A stretch of DNA of 64,000 bases from positions 192,001-256,000 of the forward strand of contig CAXXDQ010000003.1 of assembly GCA_963664325.2 (NCBI GenBank). Reading direction: 5' to 3'. The DNA is from Desulfomonilia bacterium. Its GTDB lineage: Bacteria > Desulfobacterota > Desulfomonilia > UBA1062. A program made the position numbers and the translations under genes. Below the pieces are notes generated by a model. The model did not search any database. It was not told the origin of the DNA and saw only the letters and a list, made by a program, of their open reading frames with translations. Shown here piece after piece: positions 26,805 through 37,790 of this stretch. The stretch's first letter is position 1. Each line of letters starts with the position of its first letter.

Positions 26805-29800
26805 TCTTCTCCCCCAGCAGCCCTGAGGCCAGTTGATCAATGGTGTTTTCATCAGGTCTTGCGCGGTATATGCCTGTCCTGCTTTCATTGTCCACGCCCC
26901 TTAGAAATAGGTAGAGCACTCCGCCGAAATGCCTTTCATAACTGTATTCCGGAAGCCTGAGCATGAGGTATCTGTGAAGGGCGAGCGTGTAGATGTGGTA
27001 CTGCAGCACATAGAATTCGGCCGTCATCTCGCCTTCCATGGTCTCTTCGCCGTAGTCTTCAGTCTCGGGGCCGAGATAGTTCGATTTCCAGTCGATGATG
27101 TAGAACTTTCCGTTGAGTTCGAACACGAGATCGATGAAGCCCCTTAAAAACCCGCGCGACGGCTTTATGTCGAGAGTCTCAAGGATGGCCTTAAGCCCGC
27201 CGTCCATACCGGATCGTCCGATTGCCGCCTTCAGACTCTCAGAGTCAAGGCTTGCGACGGGGAGCATGAATTCGAGTTCTGAAAGCCTCTCATCCCGGCC
27301 TGTGCCGCATAATCTGCACCCGGGTTCAACCTCCACGGAAAGGACGTTTCGCACAATTGCGTTTATCGCACCCAGCCACTTCTCATCGAAGCCGTGTCTT
27401 TTCATAACGTCTTTGATGAGGTCCGTATCCGGCTCCTTGAAGTCGATAAGCTCCATCACCTCGTGGAGCATGTTTCCTGTAGCGGCGCCCTTCGGCATGG
27501 ACGGTATGCCCAGGCCTTCGGGCTGGTTCCCCCTGCGGTCGGTGGATGCGTCCACGTCGCGGCCGTCCGAATACGCGCCCATGCTCAGCGACGTATAGCT
27601 CATGATGCCGAAACGCGTGTCGATGTCCGCCTTGAACGCCCTTGCGGCAAGTTCTGGTGCGGCCTTTTCAGGGATTGCGCTTTTTACGGCTTCCGCAATA
27701 GGAGCGGGTTCGAGCCTTATGTAATCCGAGTCGAGGGTTGATGCGTCCTCGCCTCTCAGAAGCGCTTCGAGAGCCGTGTTCTCGCCCTTCAAGGTTCTGC
27801 AGCTTATCAGGTAGCACCTGTCAATCGCGCGGGTGAGAGCCACATACAGAAGGCGCATGCTCTCCTGCATGGATTCCTCGGCGCATTTTATTTTGTTTGA
27901 AACCCTATCCTCGGAACCCAGGTCGAGGACGCGCACGCCGCCGTCATTGAAGACCACGTCTTTTGTATCCGTCTCGTCCCAGGCGAACGGGATGAAGACC
28001 ACCGGGTACTGCAGGCCCTTGCTCTTGTGGACCGTGGTTATAATTACCGCGTCCTCGTCGCTTTCGAGCCTCAGTTCGGATTCGCCGGGACCGGCGTTTC
28101 CGCTTATCCTCTCGTTCAGCCAGACGACAAGGGAATCCATTCCGGTTTTACCCGAGGTCTCGGCCATGTGCAGAAGCTCGGCAAGGTGCTGCATGTTCGT
28201 AAGCCTGCGCTCGGCCCCGGGCAGCACGGCGAGCCTCTCTCTGGCGCCGCCGCCGTAGAACTCTCTGAACATGCGCATGAAGCCGTGGTCCCTCCAGAGT
28301 TCGTGATAATTAAGAAATCCGGTTATAAGGGCGTCCCTGGCGACGGAATCTTCATCGAGCGAGGCCAGTTCATCGGCCGTCATGCCGTAGAGAGGACTTG
28401 CCAGGCAGGCCTTTATGAGGTCGAATCTTGAAGGCTCCCTCGCGGCGTCGAGAAGAAGCCTCATCAACCGCGCCTCGCTGCCGGAAAAGACCTTTTCATC
28501 GCTCGTTACGATGCACTTCACGCCTCTCCGGACAAGGGCATCCCGGACAAGGCCCGCCTGACGCCATTTGCGTGCGAGCACGGCGATGTGTCCGGGCCGC
28601 AGGTTCCGTGCGCTTATGAGCCTTGCAGCCTCGGCAGCAACCGCTTCGGCCGCCTGGCGCGCCGCTTCCTCCTTGTTAATGTCCGCTGAAGGGTCTCCCA
28701 GCGTCCATATCCTGAGAGGTTCTCCCGTGAGCGCTGTCTGCGGCTCTTTTCCCGAGGGTTCTACCCTTTCGTACGGTATGCCTTCATGGCCGAAAGGCCC
28801 TTTTTCGAAGAGCCTGTTGACCGCTTCCACAAGGGGGCTTACCGACCTGTAGTTCGTATCCAGTCTGTGGGTGTTTTCTTCGGGTATGCCTTTCTTGGCA
28901 GCCAGATATGTGAATATGTCGGCGCCCCTGAAACCGTATATGGACTGCTTGGGGTCGCCGATCAGATACATCGTGCCGTCCGGGAATATCGTGCTGAAGA
29001 TCTCCCACTGCACGGGGTCGGTGTCCTGGAATTCGTCTATGAGCGCGGCCTTGAACTTCTCCCTCACGGCGTTCTTCATGCCTTCGCCGCCTGATGCGAG
29101 CGCCTGCCTCATCATAAGGAGCAGGTCGTCGAAATGCAGACTGCCGAGAGATTCCTTTGCAAGCGGCATATTACGCCTGTAAAAACCGGTGAACTCGCGC
29201 TTTAGCCATATCGTCATCACATCAAATGCATTATCAAGGCTGGTGAAGATTTCAGCAAACCCGTCGCAGCAGACGAAGAAGGGATGAAGGGGCTTGTTGG
29301 CCGGCAATTGGGACTTTTCAGCCATGAAGGAATGCTTGAAATATTTGAACCTCTCGAAGATGACCGGGGTGAAACCCTCTTCAACAAAACCGTCCATCTC
29401 CTCTATGGCCTTTATGACGGTCTTTTTCTGGTAGGATTTTCTATTAAGGAGACCGGATGTCTCTAGCATGCCGCAAACTTCGGTCCTGGACTCTCTCCAT
29501 ATCGCCTTAAGTTCGGCGTATGCGGCCTTCGCGGAGACGATCACGCTTTCGATATCCGGTCTCGCAGCCTCGGGTATGATGCGCGCTTCCGGGCCAGCCA
29601 TGCGGGCGGTCTTCAGGAAATCTTCGGGAGAGGGCTTCGCCCGGGCAAGATACTCCAGCGGCAGGTTGTAGATATGTTTTCTGAAGAAGTCCCATGCCGT
29701 ATTCATCGCGATGTCCGTCTGGTCCGGGATGAGTTCGAGCGCGTATGCCGAGCCCGTCTCGAATGCCATCTCGTTCAGCATGCGGTAGCAGAATCCGTGT

Positions 29801-30099
29801 ATGGTGAATATTGCCGCCGTATCGAAGGCGAGCACGGCGGAGCGCATGAGACCCGCGTTTGCGGCAGCACCCTCTTTTTCCAGCCGGGCCTGTTGTTTTC
29901 TCAGACGGGCGCGAATCCTGTCCCGCAATTCCGATGTCGCGGCCTCGGTGAACGTGACCACGAGTATCTGATCCGGCCTGAGGCCGCTTTCTATAAGCCT
30001 TACGTAGAGCCCTTCTATGGAGTATGTTTTTCCGGTGCCTGCGCTGGCCTCTATCAGGTGGACGCCGTGAAGCGGGATATTATTCGGGTCGAAAATCAT
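26794..30099 (-). CDS. recB: Exodeoxyribonuclease V beta subunit
   Basis: EASAGTGKTY, IDEFQDTD, IGDPKQSIYGFRGAD, HKSKGLQY, LYVALTRA and the C-terminal nuclease motif GFIDLVF...IIDWKSN. Start set to ATG 30099, coupled to the recC stop. Confidence 0.95.
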   Translation of the reverse strand: MIFDPNNIPLHGVHLIEASAGTGKTYSIEGLYVRLIESGLRPDQILVVTFTEAATSELRDRIRARLRKQQARLEKEGAAANAGLMRSAVLAFDTAAIFTIHGFCYRMLNEMAFETGSAYALELIPDQTDIAMNTAWDFFRKHIYNLPLEYLARAKPSPEDFLKTARMAGPEARIIPEAARPDIESVIVSAKAAYAELKAIWRESRTEVCGMLETSGLLNRKSYQKKTVIKAIEEMDGFVEEGFTPVIFERFKYFKHSFMAEKSQLPANKPLHPFFVCCDGFAEIFTSLDNAFDVMTIWLKREFTGFYRRNMPLAKESLGSLHFDDLLLMMRQALASGGEGMKNAVREKFKAALIDEFQDTDPVQWEIFSTIFPDGTMYLIGDPKQSIYGFRGADIFTYLAAKKGIPEENTHRLDTNYRSVSPLVEAVNRLFEKGPFGHEGIPYERVEPSGKEPQTALTGEPLRIWTLGDPSADINKEEAARQAAEAVAAEAARLISARNLRPGHIAVLARKWRQAGLVRDALVRRGVKCIVTSDEKVFSGSEARLMRLLLDAAREPSRFDLIKACLASPLYGMTADELASLDEDSVARDALITGFLNYHELWRDHGFMRMFREFYGGGARERLAVLPGAERRLTNMQHLAELLHMAETSGKTGMDSLVVWLNERISGNAGPGESELRLESDEDAVIITTVHKSKGLQYPVVFIPFAWDETDTKDVVFNDGGVRVLDLGSEDRVSNKIKCAEESMQESMRLLYVALTRAIDRCYLISCRTLKGENTALEALLRGEDASTLDSDYIRLEPAPIAEAVKSAIPEKAAPELAARAFKADIDTRFGIMSYTSLSMGAYSDGRDVDASTDRRGNQPEGLGIPSMPKGAATGNMLHEVMELIDFKEPDTDLIKDVMKRHGFDEKWLGAINAIVRNVLSVEVEPGCRLCGTGRDERLSELEFMLPVASLDSESLKAAIGRSGMDGGLKAILETLDIKPSRGFLRGFIDLVFELNGKFYIIDWKSNYLGPETEDYGEETMEGEMTAEFYVLQYHIYTLALHRYLMLRLPEYSYERHFGGVLYLFLRGVDNESRTGIYRARPDENTIDQLASGLLGEKNDA

Positions 30100-33000
30100 A
30101 ATTCTTCCCACCTCATATTTTCAAGGAGTTCGCCGAAAAAGGCCGTGCTTACCTCTTTGAAACCTCCGTCCATGGGGGAAGCCTCGCCCGGATATATGAG
30201 GTAATAAGGGTCTCTGTCCTTTTCGCCCTCGTTGAAAGCTGTTCCTTCCCATGCCTTTTCTGCTGCAATGAGCGCTAAAGCTTCGCCTTTTTTTTCTATG
30301 GCCTCTGCGTAGTCCATAGATATTTCCGGGAAGAAATGAATGGGACGGGAAAGGCCCGATGAGAATAGATCGAGTATGTTCCCAAGCGTTTTCCGCGGAT
30401 CGGCGAGAGGCCCGAACCTCATCACGGCAGGGATGCGGTCATTATCCTTTTTCTTTTTGAATCCGGCAAGGAACGATGCCCCGCCCTCTTTAAAGACATT
30501 GAACATGACATGCGTGAGCCATGCGTTCACGATATGTCTGGCCTTTATGACAGAAGGCCTGAAGGAAAACGGAGCGCCTCCTTTAAGCTCGAAGCCGCCC
30601 GATATGACATGGCCCGCCGATGTGATCTCGAACCTCTCGAATACGGCAGGGCCTGCGCCCGCAATATCCCTTACGGTTGCAACGAGCTCTTTCGCCTGCC
30701 CGAGAAGCTCCCCGTAAAGGGCCTCTCCCAGCAAGGCATGCGGGAGCAGGCCGCCCGCTTTCAGCACTGGCAGGGGATCGGCGTCCTTCATGAGGCTTTC
30801 CACGATTGTCCGGCTTATCATGAAATTCCGGAGATTGTCGGGTTTTATGGCCTCCCTGTCCTCGATCTCTTCATCGCCGCCTTTTATGCTTATGCCGAGA
30901 CTTCTCCTCAGGAAGAACCTTACAGGGTTCCTGAAGAATTCGCTCAGTGTCTCGGCGGAAAGGTTTCTGAATTCAGCGGCATCGCATTTTACGGGTGAAC
31001 ATATAAACGGTTTTACCGGGGCGGCATCCTTGCGGATGAGAGCCTTTGCGGTTTCGCAGTCGCCTTTAGAATAGCTGAATAGCCTTTCGTCTTCGCCCGT
31101 GAAGTATTTCGGGGAAAACCCCTGAAGCCTGTGTCTCGTTACGAACCTGTCTTCAAAGGCCTTATCCCACTTGTCCGGATCGTCCTCTTTCAGCCCGTTT
31201 ATGTCGAAATTTGCCTTTATGTAGTCGATGAGTTCGCTTACCAGTACGGACGGCGGCCTCTTCGAATTGTCCCTTATGTCCTGGCCGGTATAGCTTATGT
31301 AAAGCCTCTTGCCTGCTGAGATAATGGATTCTAGGAAAAGGTACCTGTCGTCGTCTCTCAGTGAGCGGTCACCCTTTTTCGGTCTTTTCCTGATCAGGTT
31401 GAATCCGGCGGGGATATCCTGCCTGGGATAGGCGTCGTCGTTTATGCCGATGAGGCAGATGGCCTTCATCGGTATGCTCCTCATGGGAAGGAGCGAGCAG
31501 AACGTGACGCCTTTTGTGAGGAACCGGCCTGTCACGGGTTTTCTGATAGAGGTCTTTATCAGGTGCGCGACTGCCTGCATGCAAAGCCCGCCCTGACAGG
31601 GGCTATCTTCCGACAGCTCCGATATTGCGGCCCTGAGGGCTGCTGCACCCTTGATGCACTCACTGGTGTCGAGCATGTCGTCCACCATTTTCAGAAGAAG
31701 CTCCGTCCATTCGCCAAGGCCTAGCTTTTCCGAAAGCCTCATGCCGTAATGAAAGGCCATATCGGTGAACGTGAGGAATTTTCCGAGCAGTTCGGCGCGC
31801 TCTCCCTCTATGCCGTCAATCGTCAGGATTCCTTTATAAAGCATGCCGCCGGGCATGGCGTATCCCAGCAGCAGCCTGTCGAGGCCTGCCCGCCAGGTGT
31901 TCTCGCCGGTTGCGTCGAAGCCGAGCCCTTTCCTGTTTTCCGCATCAATCCCCCATCTTATGCAGGCGGTGTTTATCCACTCCCTTATGATGGAGGTATC
32001 GTCATCCGATATTCCGAACCTGGCCCTTATTACCGGCTCGTCAAGCAGGGAGATGATATGAGAGGCCCTGAAGCGTTTGTCCGAAAGGCCAAGCAGGCCG
32101 AAGAAGCCGTCGGTGAGGGGTTTTTCAATCTCCTGGGTATCGGAGACGTTGAAAGGTATGAATGTCTTGGTGCCAGCCTCGCCGCCGAAGACCGCCTCGA
32201 TGTACGGCGCATAAGTGTTTATGTCGGGCGACATCACGAGGATTTCCTCTGGCTTGAGCGTCGGGTCCTTTTCGAACATCGAGAGGAGATTATCCCTGAG
32301 CACTTCCACCTCGCGCATAGGGCTGTGGCAGGAATGTACGGCGATGGACTCGTCACCGGGGTCTATCATGCGTTTAGGCGAGTCATTGCCGCCTGAAAGG
32401 TCGAGTAAGCCTTTTTTTATCTGGCCCAGGACTGAGGTTTCGTCAGGCTCTTCCCAGAGGCCCTCTTCATCCGTTATCGTTTCATCCTGGCCGTAGAGAT
32501 ATCCAAGGAAATCGCCGCCCTGCTTTCCCATAGAGGCGAGCAGGCTGTTGCCTGTTTCGAGATGCAGGTCCTGAGCTGAGAGTCCCGCCTTTTTTTCTTT
32601 CCCGATGATCTTCCTTTCGGATTCGATATCCATCCAGTACTGGCGGCAGGGGTTGAGCACGAAAACGTGCACGTCCGCAGTCAAGGCGCAAGCCTTCAGT
32701 ATCTCCAGATGGAAATTGGGAAGGTGCGATATCCCGAACATGCATATGCGCTTTGCATTGCGAAGCGGCTTTTCGGAAACCAGCCTCGCAACGAGGTCCC
32801 TTTTCAGGCCTGCGGGATGGGGCCCCAGAGCGGAACTAATCCTGCTCCAGATTATTGCCTGCCATTCCTCGGCCTCTTTTTCCGGGCTGTCAGCAAAAAA
32901 TCTCTTGCCGTTTTCCCATCCGAGAACGATCTCCGGCCTGAAGACAAGGTACTGATCGAATGCGTCCGCTATGCGCGCCGAGAGCTGCACCAGCCTGACG

Positions 33001-33365
33001 CCTGTCTCGTCGCCCGAGACATATCTCTTAAGGGCCATGAATGTTTTTTCTTTCCCGGCGGCCTCTATTATCCCCATTATCCTGAAGATAAGGCGTTCCG
33101 GCGCATATCCCTTATCCGGCGCAGCGCCGAGAACCCGCTCGAAAAGCTCATATACAAAGGCGTTGGGGAAGGGGAAGCGACCGTTGGACAACACCCCAAG
33201 GCTTTCCGCAATGCGCATGGAGATCCAGCGCTGCATACCCCTGCTCTGTACGATTATTGTCTCAGGCTCAAAGGGATTTTCGATGCGGTTTTCTTTTATC
33301 AGGCCGGAGAGTCTTTCCGCCAGCCTGAGTAAACTGTTTCCTGTATGCAGGTAAAGCCCTGGCAT
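30096..33365 (-). CDS. recC: Exodeoxyribonuclease V gamma subunit
   Basis: IIVQSRGMQRW, FDQYLVFRP, NPCRQYW, HSCHSPMREVEVL, PMRSIP and DDDRYLFLE motifs. Confidence 0.95.
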   Translation of the reverse strand: MPGLYLHTGNSLLRLAERLSGLIKENRIENPFEPETIIVQSRGMQRWISMRIAESLGVLSNGRFPFPNAFVYELFERVLGAAPDKGYAPERLIFRIMGIIEAAGKEKTFMALKRYVSGDETGVRLVQLSARIADAFDQYLVFRPEIVLGWENGKRFFADSPEKEAEEWQAIIWSRISSALGPHPAGLKRDLVARLVSEKPLRNAKRICMFGISHLPNFHLEILKACALTADVHVFVLNPCRQYWMDIESERKIIGKEKKAGLSAQDLHLETGNSLLASMGKQGGDFLGYLYGQDETITDEEGLWEEPDETSVLGQIKKGLLDLSGGNDSPKRMIDPGDESIAVHSCHSPMREVEVLRDNLLSMFEKDPTLKPEEILVMSPDINTYAPYIEAVFGGEAGTKTFIPFNVSDTQEIEKPLTDGFFGLLGLSDKRFRASHIISLLDEPVIRARFGISDDDTSIIREWINTACIRWGIDAENRKGLGFDATGENTWRAGLDRLLLGYAMPGGMLYKGILTIDGIEGERAELLGKFLTFTDMAFHYGMRLSEKLGLGEWTELLLKMVDDMLDTSECIKGAAALRAAISELSEDSPCQGGLCMQAVAHLIKTSIRKPVTGRFLTKGVTFCSLLPMRSIPMKAICLIGINDDAYPRQDIPAGFNLIRKRPKKGDRSLRDDDRYLFLESIISAGKRLYISYTGQDIRDNSKRPPSVLVSELIDYIKANFDINGLKEDDPDKWDKAFEDRFVTRHRLQGFSPKYFTGEDERLFSYSKGDCETAKALIRKDAAPVKPFICSPVKCDAAEFRNLSAETLSEFFRNPVRFFLRRSLGISIKGGDEEIEDREAIKPDNLRNFMISRTIVESLMKDADPLPVLKAGGLLPHALLGEALYGELLGQAKELVATVRDIAGAGPAVFERFEITSAGHVISGGFELKGGAPFSFRPSVIKARHIVNAWLTHVMFNVFKEGGASFLAGFKKKKDNDRIPAVMRFGPLADPRKTLGNILDLFSSGLSRPIHFFPEISMDYAEAIEKKGEALALIAAEKAWEGTAFNEGEKDRDPYYLIYPGEASPMDGGFKEVSTAFFGELLENMRWEEL

Positions 33366-33369
33366 GTGT

Positions 33370-34305
33370 TCAGGCCTTTTTCATGAATACGCCGTCCTGC
33401 GAAATTATCCCGCCCGTGTCAGCAAGTCTTGCGAGATGTTTGGAGACCATATTTGACTCTCCATAAAAGAGTATTTCATCCATCCTGCTTTTATAATCGC
33501 ATCCGTAAACGGGAGATATCCAGGTCATATCAGAGATGCTTACCGGAATTCCCTGCGGCATTAAATCAAATATAAGGCGGTCCCTTGATTCGATCACGGA
33601 TTCATAGGCCTCAAGACGCCTCAGGGCATGTGCCCTGTTGACGGGTTTTGCATGCGATGAAATGTATGTCTCAAACGGCAATGCCCTTATTTCAGCGATT
33701 GACTTGATGAACAGGCTTATATCGCTTTCAGGATTTCCGTACCAGGGCCCGAACGGGCTCAGATCGATATCAAAACCGAACACGAGTTTCCTGTCGGGCT
33801 CCCACAGGCAGTAGTGGTCATTTGTATGTCCGGGGGAGGAGATTGCCGTCAGTTTGATTTTGCCGGTGCTGAATTCATGGCCACCGGTGAATGTTTCAGC
33901 ATATCTAAAATCTCTGTAACCGGTTGCAGGAAGGTACTCTTTTTTCCATTTTTCAGACAGTTCGCTCCCCACCATCCGGTTTGCAAGTTTGTCGGCATTT
34001 CCGATGGAATCGGCATTTTCAGACGGAACCAGTATGCAGGTTCCAGCACTGTTTAAAAGCCATGATCCCGAGGTGTGGTCAGGATGGGAATGCGAAAGAA
34101 CCGCCAGATCGATTTTAATGTTTTTAAGGATGGTTTCTATAATGCTTATGCCGCAGCCTGAATCAAGGAGGAGGTTTATTCCGTCTGTTATGAGGAATGA
34201 ATTGGAAAAGGGCGACCGGCTCCTGTTCAGCCCGTGAATGATATGTATCTGATCATCGATTTCCGTAATTTTAATTCCATCTGAGATCAGCTTTTTAATG
34301 GGCAT
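33370..34305 (-). CDS. Metallo-beta-lactamase fold hydrolase
   Basis: LLDSG, SHSHPDH, SPGHT and SSH motifs; 4 bp upstream of recC. Confidence 0.85.
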   Translation of the reverse strand: MPIKKLISDGIKITEIDDQIHIIHGLNRSRSPFSNSFLITDGINLLLDSGCGISIIETILKNIKIDLAVLSHSHPDHTSGSWLLNSAGTCILVPSENADSIGNADKLANRMVGSELSEKWKKEYLPATGYRDFRYAETFTGGHEFSTGKIKLTAISSPGHTNDHYCLWEPDRKLVFGFDIDLSPFGPWYGNPESDISLFIKSIAEIRALPFETYISSHAKPVNRAHALRRLEAYESVIESRDRLIFDLMPQGIPVSISDMTWISPVYGCDYKSRMDEILFYGESNMVSKHLARLADTGGIISQDGVFMKKA

Positions 34306-34408
34306 TGTTTCCAGGGGTTTGTTTCAAACATGCACGCCCATTCCCATGAAGGGAATGGGACGTGATTTATTATATTTACGTCTGCCGGTAATTCCGGCAG
34401 GAAAGGGT

Positions 34409-34663
34409 TTACAGTCCCAGCATCCCGAGGACTTTCTTGCGTCTTTCCTCACTGCTGAACACGAATGCGGCTGCTCCGCCAAGACCGAGAATAAGCACTA
34501 ACGGATTTGTAAAAAGCTTCAATACTTTGAAAATGAGTTTTAAAATTGCGCCGAGTCCCTTGAAGACGATCTTTGTAATCTTTAGGGGGATCGTGATAAC
34601 AAGTAAAACCAGCTTAAAAGGCAAGAGGATGAGACTTTTTATCAGTGCAAGAATACCTTTCAT
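34409..34663 (-). CDS. Small basic hydrophobic hypothetical protein
   Basis: AGGAGG RBS; 84 aa amphipathic Leu/Lys-rich sequence. Confidence 0.65.
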   Translation of the reverse strand: MKGILALIKSLILLPFKLVLLVITIPLKITKIVFKGLGAILKLIFKVLKLFTNPLVLILGLGGAAAFVFSSEERRKKVLGMLGL

Positions 34664-34723
34664 TTAAGAACCTCCTGGAAAATATTTTTATTATCCGGAT
34701 TATAAACCGTTAACAGATTCACT

Positions 34724-35353
34724 TCAATCTTTTTCATCCGATTTCATGAGCATGGAGAGCTTGAAAAGCGAAGGCAGCACATTTACATTTTCAACCCTTA
34801 CATGCCCGGGGACCTTGAGTGCGACAGGCGTAAAATTCCAGATTCCTCTTATGTTTGATTTAGCCAGAGCATCTGCAACATCCTGAGCCGAAGACGGAGG
34901 CGTCGCAATTATGCCTATCGAGATCCGTTCGCTAAGGACTACTTCAGCCATTGAATCCATCGGATAAACAGGAATGCCGTCGATTACTGAACCGATGATG
35001 TCAGACCTTTTGTCGAAGAGGGCCCTTAAAATAAAATTTTTTTCCATGAACAGTCTGCTGTGCGCCAGTGCAAGCCCGAGGCTGCCGATGCCTACAAGCG
35101 CCATGTTAGCTCCTCTTGATATGCCGAGAAGCTCTTCAAGAGCCGCCTTGAGGCTTGAAATACTGTAGCCGCTTGCAGAGCTGTCAAGTCTGCCGAGCGA
35201 CATCATATCCTGGCGAATCGTTGACGGGGTAAAGCCCAGATGCCCTGCTATCATGTTAGATGATACCGACGTTTTTCCCGCCTTCTCTATATCCAGCACA
35301 TATTCATAATAAAGCGGCAATCTGGCTGCGACAGGCAAAGGGATCTTAGGCAT
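34724..35353 (-). CDS. rex: Redox-sensing transcriptional repressor Rex
   Basis: RLPLYY, TIRQDM, Rossmann GIGSLG and GIWNFTP motifs. Confidence 0.9.
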   Translation of the reverse strand: MPKIPLPVAARLPLYYEYVLDIEKAGKTSVSSNMIAGHLGFTPSTIRQDMMSLGRLDSSASGYSISSLKAALEELLGISRGANMALVGIGSLGLALAHSRLFMEKNFILRALFDKRSDIIGSVIDGIPVYPMDSMAEVVLSERISIGIIATPPSSAQDVADALAKSNIRGIWNFTPVALKVPGHVRVENVNVLPSLFKLSMLMKSDEKD

Positions 35354-35487
35354 TCTATTACCTTTCTAAAAAATAACAGAAATTATTTTCATGCAGTGTT
35401 ATCTGAAGATGATATCTTGTCTTGTGATCAGTCATTTGTTTGTTTTAAAAATAAATCAATAAAATCGCTTACAATTCTGAAACGGTT

Positions 35488-35832
35488 TTATTTATTCTTT
35501 GGCGCCGGGCGGAACAGATCCTTGAACTCCGGCAACTTGACCAAGTTGTCGAACCTGCTCTCCAATGCGGCAAAATCTCCCATCAGTCTTTTCCCGTCAG
35601 CGGTAAGTTTAGCCCCGGTCCTGCCCTGTCTGCCTTTTTCTACAAGGGTTATGCCCAGTCTTTTTTCATATTCCCTTATCCTTCCCCATGCTGCGCGATA
35701 GGACATCTCAAGCTCTTCGGCGGCCTTATGAAGCGAGCCTGTCTTCTCAATAAGCTCAAGCAATGACTGCACGCCCTTCCCGAATACGGGCATTCCGTTT
35801 TTTTCTATCCAGAGTCTGTATGAAATCTTCAT
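35488..35832 (-). CDS. modE: ModE-family winged-helix regulator (short form, no TOBE domains)
   Basis: LWIE...FGKG..LLELIEKTGSLHKAAEELEMSYRAAW...GAKLT, the ModE N-terminal domain. Confidence 0.85.
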   Translation of the reverse strand: MKISYRLWIEKNGMPVFGKGVQSLLELIEKTGSLHKAAEELEMSYRAAWGRIREYEKRLGITLVEKGRQGRTGAKLTADGKRLMGDFAALESRFDNLVKLPEFKDLFRPAPKNK

Positions 35833-35909
35833 GTTCTAATATTATTAACATCCATTTTTAAATTATCAAGATGCCATGTCATAAAAACTTTATGCATGAG
35901 GTTGTCTTA

Positions 35910-35929
35910 TTGTATACTGCCTGATATAA
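35910..35929. promoter_or_regulatory. ModE-like operator between modE and resB
   Basis: TTGTATA-ctgcct-GATATAA resembles the ModE TATATA-N6-TATATA dyad. Confidence 0.5.
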
Positions 35930-35956
35930 CAAACGGAAACCCATGGTTATCATTTT

Positions 35957-37003
35957 ATGAATATTAAAAACGTTTTCAACCGCTTAACAAGCAATCTTTC
36001 ATTGTTAAGGCTTGCGGTTTTTGTAATGTTGCTCCTGGCCGTCCTGCTGATAATCGAGACGGCAACGACGTTTATAATCCCTATGATACCAGGGGATTCC
36101 CTCAGGACAAGGTACCTGCTTAATCTTTTTGCAGAAAGCAGCCCCGTGTTGCTCGGGTTTATCGCGTCGGTACTCTGTCTCCTTATTGTCGCCTATGTCA
36201 TGAAGATGTCGATAATATCAAAAATCACCCTCAGACGTGCAGGGTTAATACTTTTTCACCTCGGAATACCAGTAATGCTTGCGGGTTACTTTGCAGGAAA
36301 ATTCGGACTAGATGCCGAGATGCATATACCAAAAGGGCAATCATCAAATATAATACACACCAAAGACGGAAGAACGGAGATGCTTGGCTTTTCAATCAGG
36401 TGCGAGGGGTTTGACGTAATTTATAATAAAGACGGCTCTCCGGCTGAGTTCGTTTCATATCTGAGCTTTATTAAAAATGGCGGGGTTCAAAAAAAATCAA
36501 TCCTGCGAGTAAATCATCCCGTCAGTTTTGAAGGAACGACATTGTACCAGTCCGCATATGCCTGCGAAGAAACTTCAATAATTAAGATCACAGACGGCAG
36601 TAAAACTACATGGTTTAAAACGGGGCCGGGTGATGAAATAAATCCTGTGAAAGGCGTGACGGTCCGGACAGGCCAGATATTTTCCGATCTCATGGATACG
36701 GGGCCTGCCGTGGAACTTTTCATCGAAACGCCTGATGGCTCGTACAATATGTGGCTTCTAAAAAATCTGAGGAAAATCATTGAAAGAAAGCCGGACTTCC
36801 TTGAAAGCCATCGTGAATTCGACCCGGCTCTTGTCAAGCCATTCATATTTATGCTGGAAGGCCTGAATTCGAGCTGCACAACGGGGCTTTCCGTCAGAAA
36901 AGACCCGGGATTAATCCTTGCAGCTTCTGGCGGGATAATGTTTGCAGTCGGGATAATCATAATCTTTATTCCACGGCCCGAGCCTGAAAAGCGGAGAGCA
37001 TGA
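35957..37003 (+). CDS. resB: Cytochrome c biogenesis protein ResB/Ccs1 (system II), short form
   Basis: N-terminal TMs with conserved His (LFHLGI), VNHP..FEG..LYQS and TGLSVRKDPG followed by a C-terminal TM. Confidence 0.82.
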   Translation: MNIKNVFNRLTSNLSLLRLAVFVMLLLAVLLIIETATTFIIPMIPGDSLRTRYLLNLFAESSPVLLGFIASVLCLLIVAYVMKMSIISKITLRRAGLILFHLGIPVMLAGYFAGKFGLDAEMHIPKGQSSNIIHTKDGRTEMLGFSIRCEGFDVIYNKDGSPAEFVSYLSFIKNGGVQKKSILRVNHPVSFEGTTLYQSAYACEETSIIKITDGSKTTWFKTGPGDEINPVKGVTVRTGQIFSDLMDTGPAVELFIETPDGSYNMWLLKNLRKIIERKPDFLESHREFDPALVKPFIFMLEGLNSSCTTGLSVRKDPGLILAASGGIMFAVGIIIIFIPRPEPEKRRA

Positions 37004-37004
37004 A

Positions 37005-37790
37005 ATGGATGCTAGGCTGACAATAGGTGCCCTGGTCTTATATGTATTTTCATTCCTGTGCCTGAGCAACAGGAAGACCTGGATAATTACTGCCGGAAAG
37101 TCCTTGGCCGTGACTGCTTTCGGGCTGCTGACAATAGCCCTTGCCCTGCGCTGGGTCGCTTCATACAGGGCAGGTTTTGGCCATGCCCCGGTATCGAACC
37201 TGTATGAGTCGCTTGTCGTGCTCTCATGGTCCTTTATGCTTGCCGCGCTATTATTTTTATGGATCAGGAAATCTTTGCAGGCGGTCATGTTTGCCTGTCC
37301 TATTATCGTGATGATCCTTTTGTATGCATGCTTTGCGCCGGGCGTGGACAATTCGATCAAGCCTCTTGTGCCGGCCCTTAAAAGCAACTGGCTGCTTATC
37401 CATGTGACAACCTGCATGACCGGCTATGCATTGCTGGCGCTTGGCACGGTTCTGACAGCGTATGATGCATATTCCAGATCTGGGCAAAAAAACAACAGGG
37501 CCCAGGAAGCGGCATCGGCATTCATTACCGCCGGATTTATCATTTTTTCATTCGGCATCATGACAGGCGCGGTCTGGGCGCAGACAGCCTGGGGAAGATA
37601 CTGGGGATGGGATCCCAAGGAGACATGGGCATTAATCACATGGCTTGTTTATGCCGCAAGCCTGCACGCCAGAAAGAAAAGCGGCAATTCAAGCATGTTG
37701 TATGCAGGTCTGGCCGTCTTCGGTTTGGCCTGCATAGTCTTCACTTATCTGGGCGTTAATTACATGCCAGGTTTGCACAGCTACTTCTGA
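37005..37790 (+). CDS. ccsA: Cytochrome c synthase CcsA/ResC (system II)
   Basis: HAPVSNLYES, PALKSNWL.IHV, WWD motif WAQTAWGRYWGWDPKETW and C-terminal GLHSY. Confidence 0.93.
   Translation: MDARLTIGALVLYVFSFLCLSNRKTWIITAGKSLAVTAFGLLTIALALRWVASYRAGFGHAPVSNLYESLVVLSWSFMLAALLFLWIRKSLQAVMFACPIIVMILLYACFAPGVDNSIKPLVPALKSNWLLIHVTTCMTGYALLALGTVLTAYDAYSRSGQKNNRAQEAASAFITAGFIIFSFGIMTGAVWAQTAWGRYWGWDPKETWALITWLVYAASLHARKKSGNSSMLYAGLAVFGLACIVFTYLGVNYMPGLHSYF

Noticed and set aside
26794-26888. Apparent 95-bp recB/recD overlap suggesting a frameshift
   Set aside because: An ATG at 26804 gives a normal short overlap and both proteins have complete motifs.
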